A DNA stretch of 64,000 bases, from NCBI RefSeq assembly GCF_001194135.2, contig NC_068984.1:79603795-79667794 (forward strand), read 5' to 3'. This stretch comes from Octopus bimaculoides (Eukaryota). Positions 61,677 to 64,000 of the stretch are shown here, in pieces; the first letter of the stretch is position 1; the number at the start of each line of letters is the position of its first letter. A model generated the notes under the pieces. That model was not told the DNA's origin, made no database searches, and saw only the letters and a program-made list of their open reading frames with translations. Made by a program: the position numbers and the translations under genes.

Positions 61677-63807
61677 GAGAGAGAAAGTGAGTGAGAGAGG
61701 AAAGAACGGAAAATATCTATTGTTATATCACTTTGCTTTTGGTAAAAAGGAGAAAAAAAAACTAGAAAGATAATGTATACATTTGGTATGGCTATCTCTA
61801 ATCTAGTTCTTCATGTATATGTCTGTGATTATATCTGTTCTGATGGTAGATAGTATGTTCAATTTTGTGCGCTTGTGTCAATATATATAACAGAATTTTT
61901 ATAGAATTATTTCATATTTACGGAAACATATTTAGCTGGCTTCTAACAATTTAGCAAGTTTGAAAAATAGTAAAAATATCTGTCAAGAATTTTGTAGATT
62001 CTTAACCCCTGGCATGTAAATATTTCTGAAATTTTTCACTTTTTTTTTGTTTACTTTTTTTGATAGAGTGAACTAGCATTTATCAGAATTTTTATTATTT
62101 ATTTATTTATTGTTAATCTGTTGTGAATCTCATTGCTATTTATATTCTAACTCTTTACTTAAGAACCAGAATACTCTTGGTGGTAATATCATAGAACGTT
62201 ATAAAAGCAGCAAGCTGGCTGAACTGTTAGCGTGCCAGGCAAAATGTTTAGCAGTATTCCGTCCGCTTGTACGTTCTGAGTTTAAATTCCGCTGAGGTCA
62301 ACTTTACTTTTATCCTTTCAGGGTCGGTAAAATAAGTACCAGTTAAACACTGGGGTTGGTGTAACTGACTTAACCCCTTCCCCCGAAATTGCTGGATTTG
62401 TGCTAAAATCTGAAAGCAATATCCTAGAACATTATAAAGGCAGCGAGCTGGTACAATCATTAACATGTCAAGCAAAATGCTTATCAACATTTTGTCCATC
62501 TTTACATTCTGAGTTCAAATTCCACCAAGGCCAGCTTTGCTTTTCATCCTCTCGGGGTCAATAAAATAAGTAGCAATTGAGCACTGGAGTCGATGTAATC
62601 GACTTACCCCCTCCCCCAAACTTGTTGGCCTTATGCCAAAATTTGAAATGAATATTAAACAACACTATAAAATCACAACGGGCGGATTTGGTTGTATATC
62701 AATCAAAATGCTTAGAGCATTTCTTCTAACACATTACATTCTGAGTTGAAATCCTGTTGAGATTGACTTCCCTTTTCATCCTTTTGGGGGCCGGTAAAAC
62801 AAGTATCAGTTGAGCACTAGGGTCGATGTAATTGGCTTACTCTTTTCTCCTGAAATTGCTGGTCTTGTCCCAAAATTTGAAACCATTATTATACAACAGT
62901 ATGAAGACAGCAAGCTGGCAGAATCATTAGCACGCTGGACAAAATGCTTTGTGGAATTTTGTCCATCTTTACACTCTGAGTTCAAATTCCACCAAGGTTG
63001 ACTTTGCCTTTACAATTTAAAAAAATTCAGAAAAAAATTAAAACTAAGCATAACTCAGCAGAATTTATTGGAAAACATTGGCAAACAAATGAAGCTTTAT
63101 TAGAAACATCAGAACACTTCCACATGGAATCCATTGGGATTGACTGATCTCAACTTTAATAGATGCAACAAATTGTGGAAGTTGTGAAGATAAACTATGA
63201 ATACCCAACATATATAACTATGCTGTCTGTTGTTTCCAGTTGAAATACCATAATATCATTCAAGAAGTAATGAAATTTTGATAGAAATTTCACTTAAAAT
63301 ATGAACACTTTACAATGACTAGTGACAAACTGTTGGTTATATATATGTGTGTGTATGTGTGCGTATGTGTGTGCGTATGTGCACACTTTCTATTGAATAA
63401 GAAGTCATATAGAAGCATCCTCATTTGTTCACAGGCCATTTTGAAGTAGTGATAATGATAATGATGGTGATCCATATATAATAGAAAAGAAGACAGATTC
63501 TTGATTTTTTTAAAAACCAACTCTGCTTTCAAAATGGGTAGACCCGTTGCTAAGTGGCAGTTGGTGATACCAAGTTCAAATGAGAAAGTAAGATAATCCC
63601 AAGACACTAGAATTCTCCAGAATTGACATACCATTAAAGAAAAGTAGAGTCTGGTTATCAGAAAACAAGAAAACATCTGTGCACATATTTTTGCCTTGTT
63701 AATTGTCATCAGCACAGCAGTTGTCCTAGCCTTACTCTACCTTCAGAAGACGAGACTCTTAGATATATATACAATGGAATAGAATACATTCATAGCATAA
63801 GGTGAAG

Positions 63808-63965
63808 GCATGGCTGTGTGGTAAAAAGCTTGCTTCTCAACCACAGGGTTCTGGGTTCAGTCCCACTGTGTGGCACCTTGGACAAGTGTCTCCTATAGCC
63901 CCAGGCTGACCAAAGTCTTGTGAGTGGATTTGGTAGACGGAAAGTGAAAGAAGCTTGTCTCATAT
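63808..63965 (+). mobile_element. SINE family A, 5' half
   Basis: gcatggctgtgtggtaaaaagcttgc...gatttggtagacgg. Confidence 0.85.
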
Positions 63966-64000
63966 ATATACATATATATATATAGTAGAATATACAAATA

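Larger units (their letters stand above)
53315..63012 (+). mobile_element. Cluster of ~14 family-B SINE copies, all plus strand, mostly (ATT)n-tailed
   Basis: Copies start near 53315, 53930, 54786, 55019, 57868, 58485, 60068, 60298, 60824, 61057, 62206, 62437, 62700 and 62905; shared ctgagttcaaattc...gactttgcctttcatcc...aagtaccagtt...gccttgtgcc. Confidence 0.85.

Overview
AT-rich, microsatellite-dense animal genomic DNA with nine N-gaps. The repeat complement looks like an octopus or other coleoid cephalopod (inference). The only host coding sequence I can support is one internal exon (10917-11104, +) of a beta-1,4-galactosyltransferase/GalNAc-transferase (GT7) gene. It has clean splice sites, a DVD motif and a natural Lys at the position of bovine B4GALT1 Arg228. 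I could not find its other exons. The rest is intronic or intergenic and full of decayed mobile elements: CR1, RTE and R4/Dong-type (RLE) LINE fragments, Penelope-like relics, Tigger/pogo, Tc1/mariner, a Helitron 3' end, HINE/MITE-type elements and at least three tRNA-derived SINE families. The most interesting non-coding signals are: a near-canonical type I hammerhead ribozyme (6396-6481, -); two further decayed hammerhead motifs near 49.8-50.2 kb; a ~1.15 kb array rich in TTCCAGGAA/GAAnnTTC motifs abutting the Helitron helicase; an (ATT)n-associated retroposon cluster at 53-63 kb; a perfect 31-bp hairpin with a template-switch signature; and closely spaced inverted repeats that could form ADAR substrates. 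Coordinates of degenerate repeats are approximate. All alignments and counts were done by eye.
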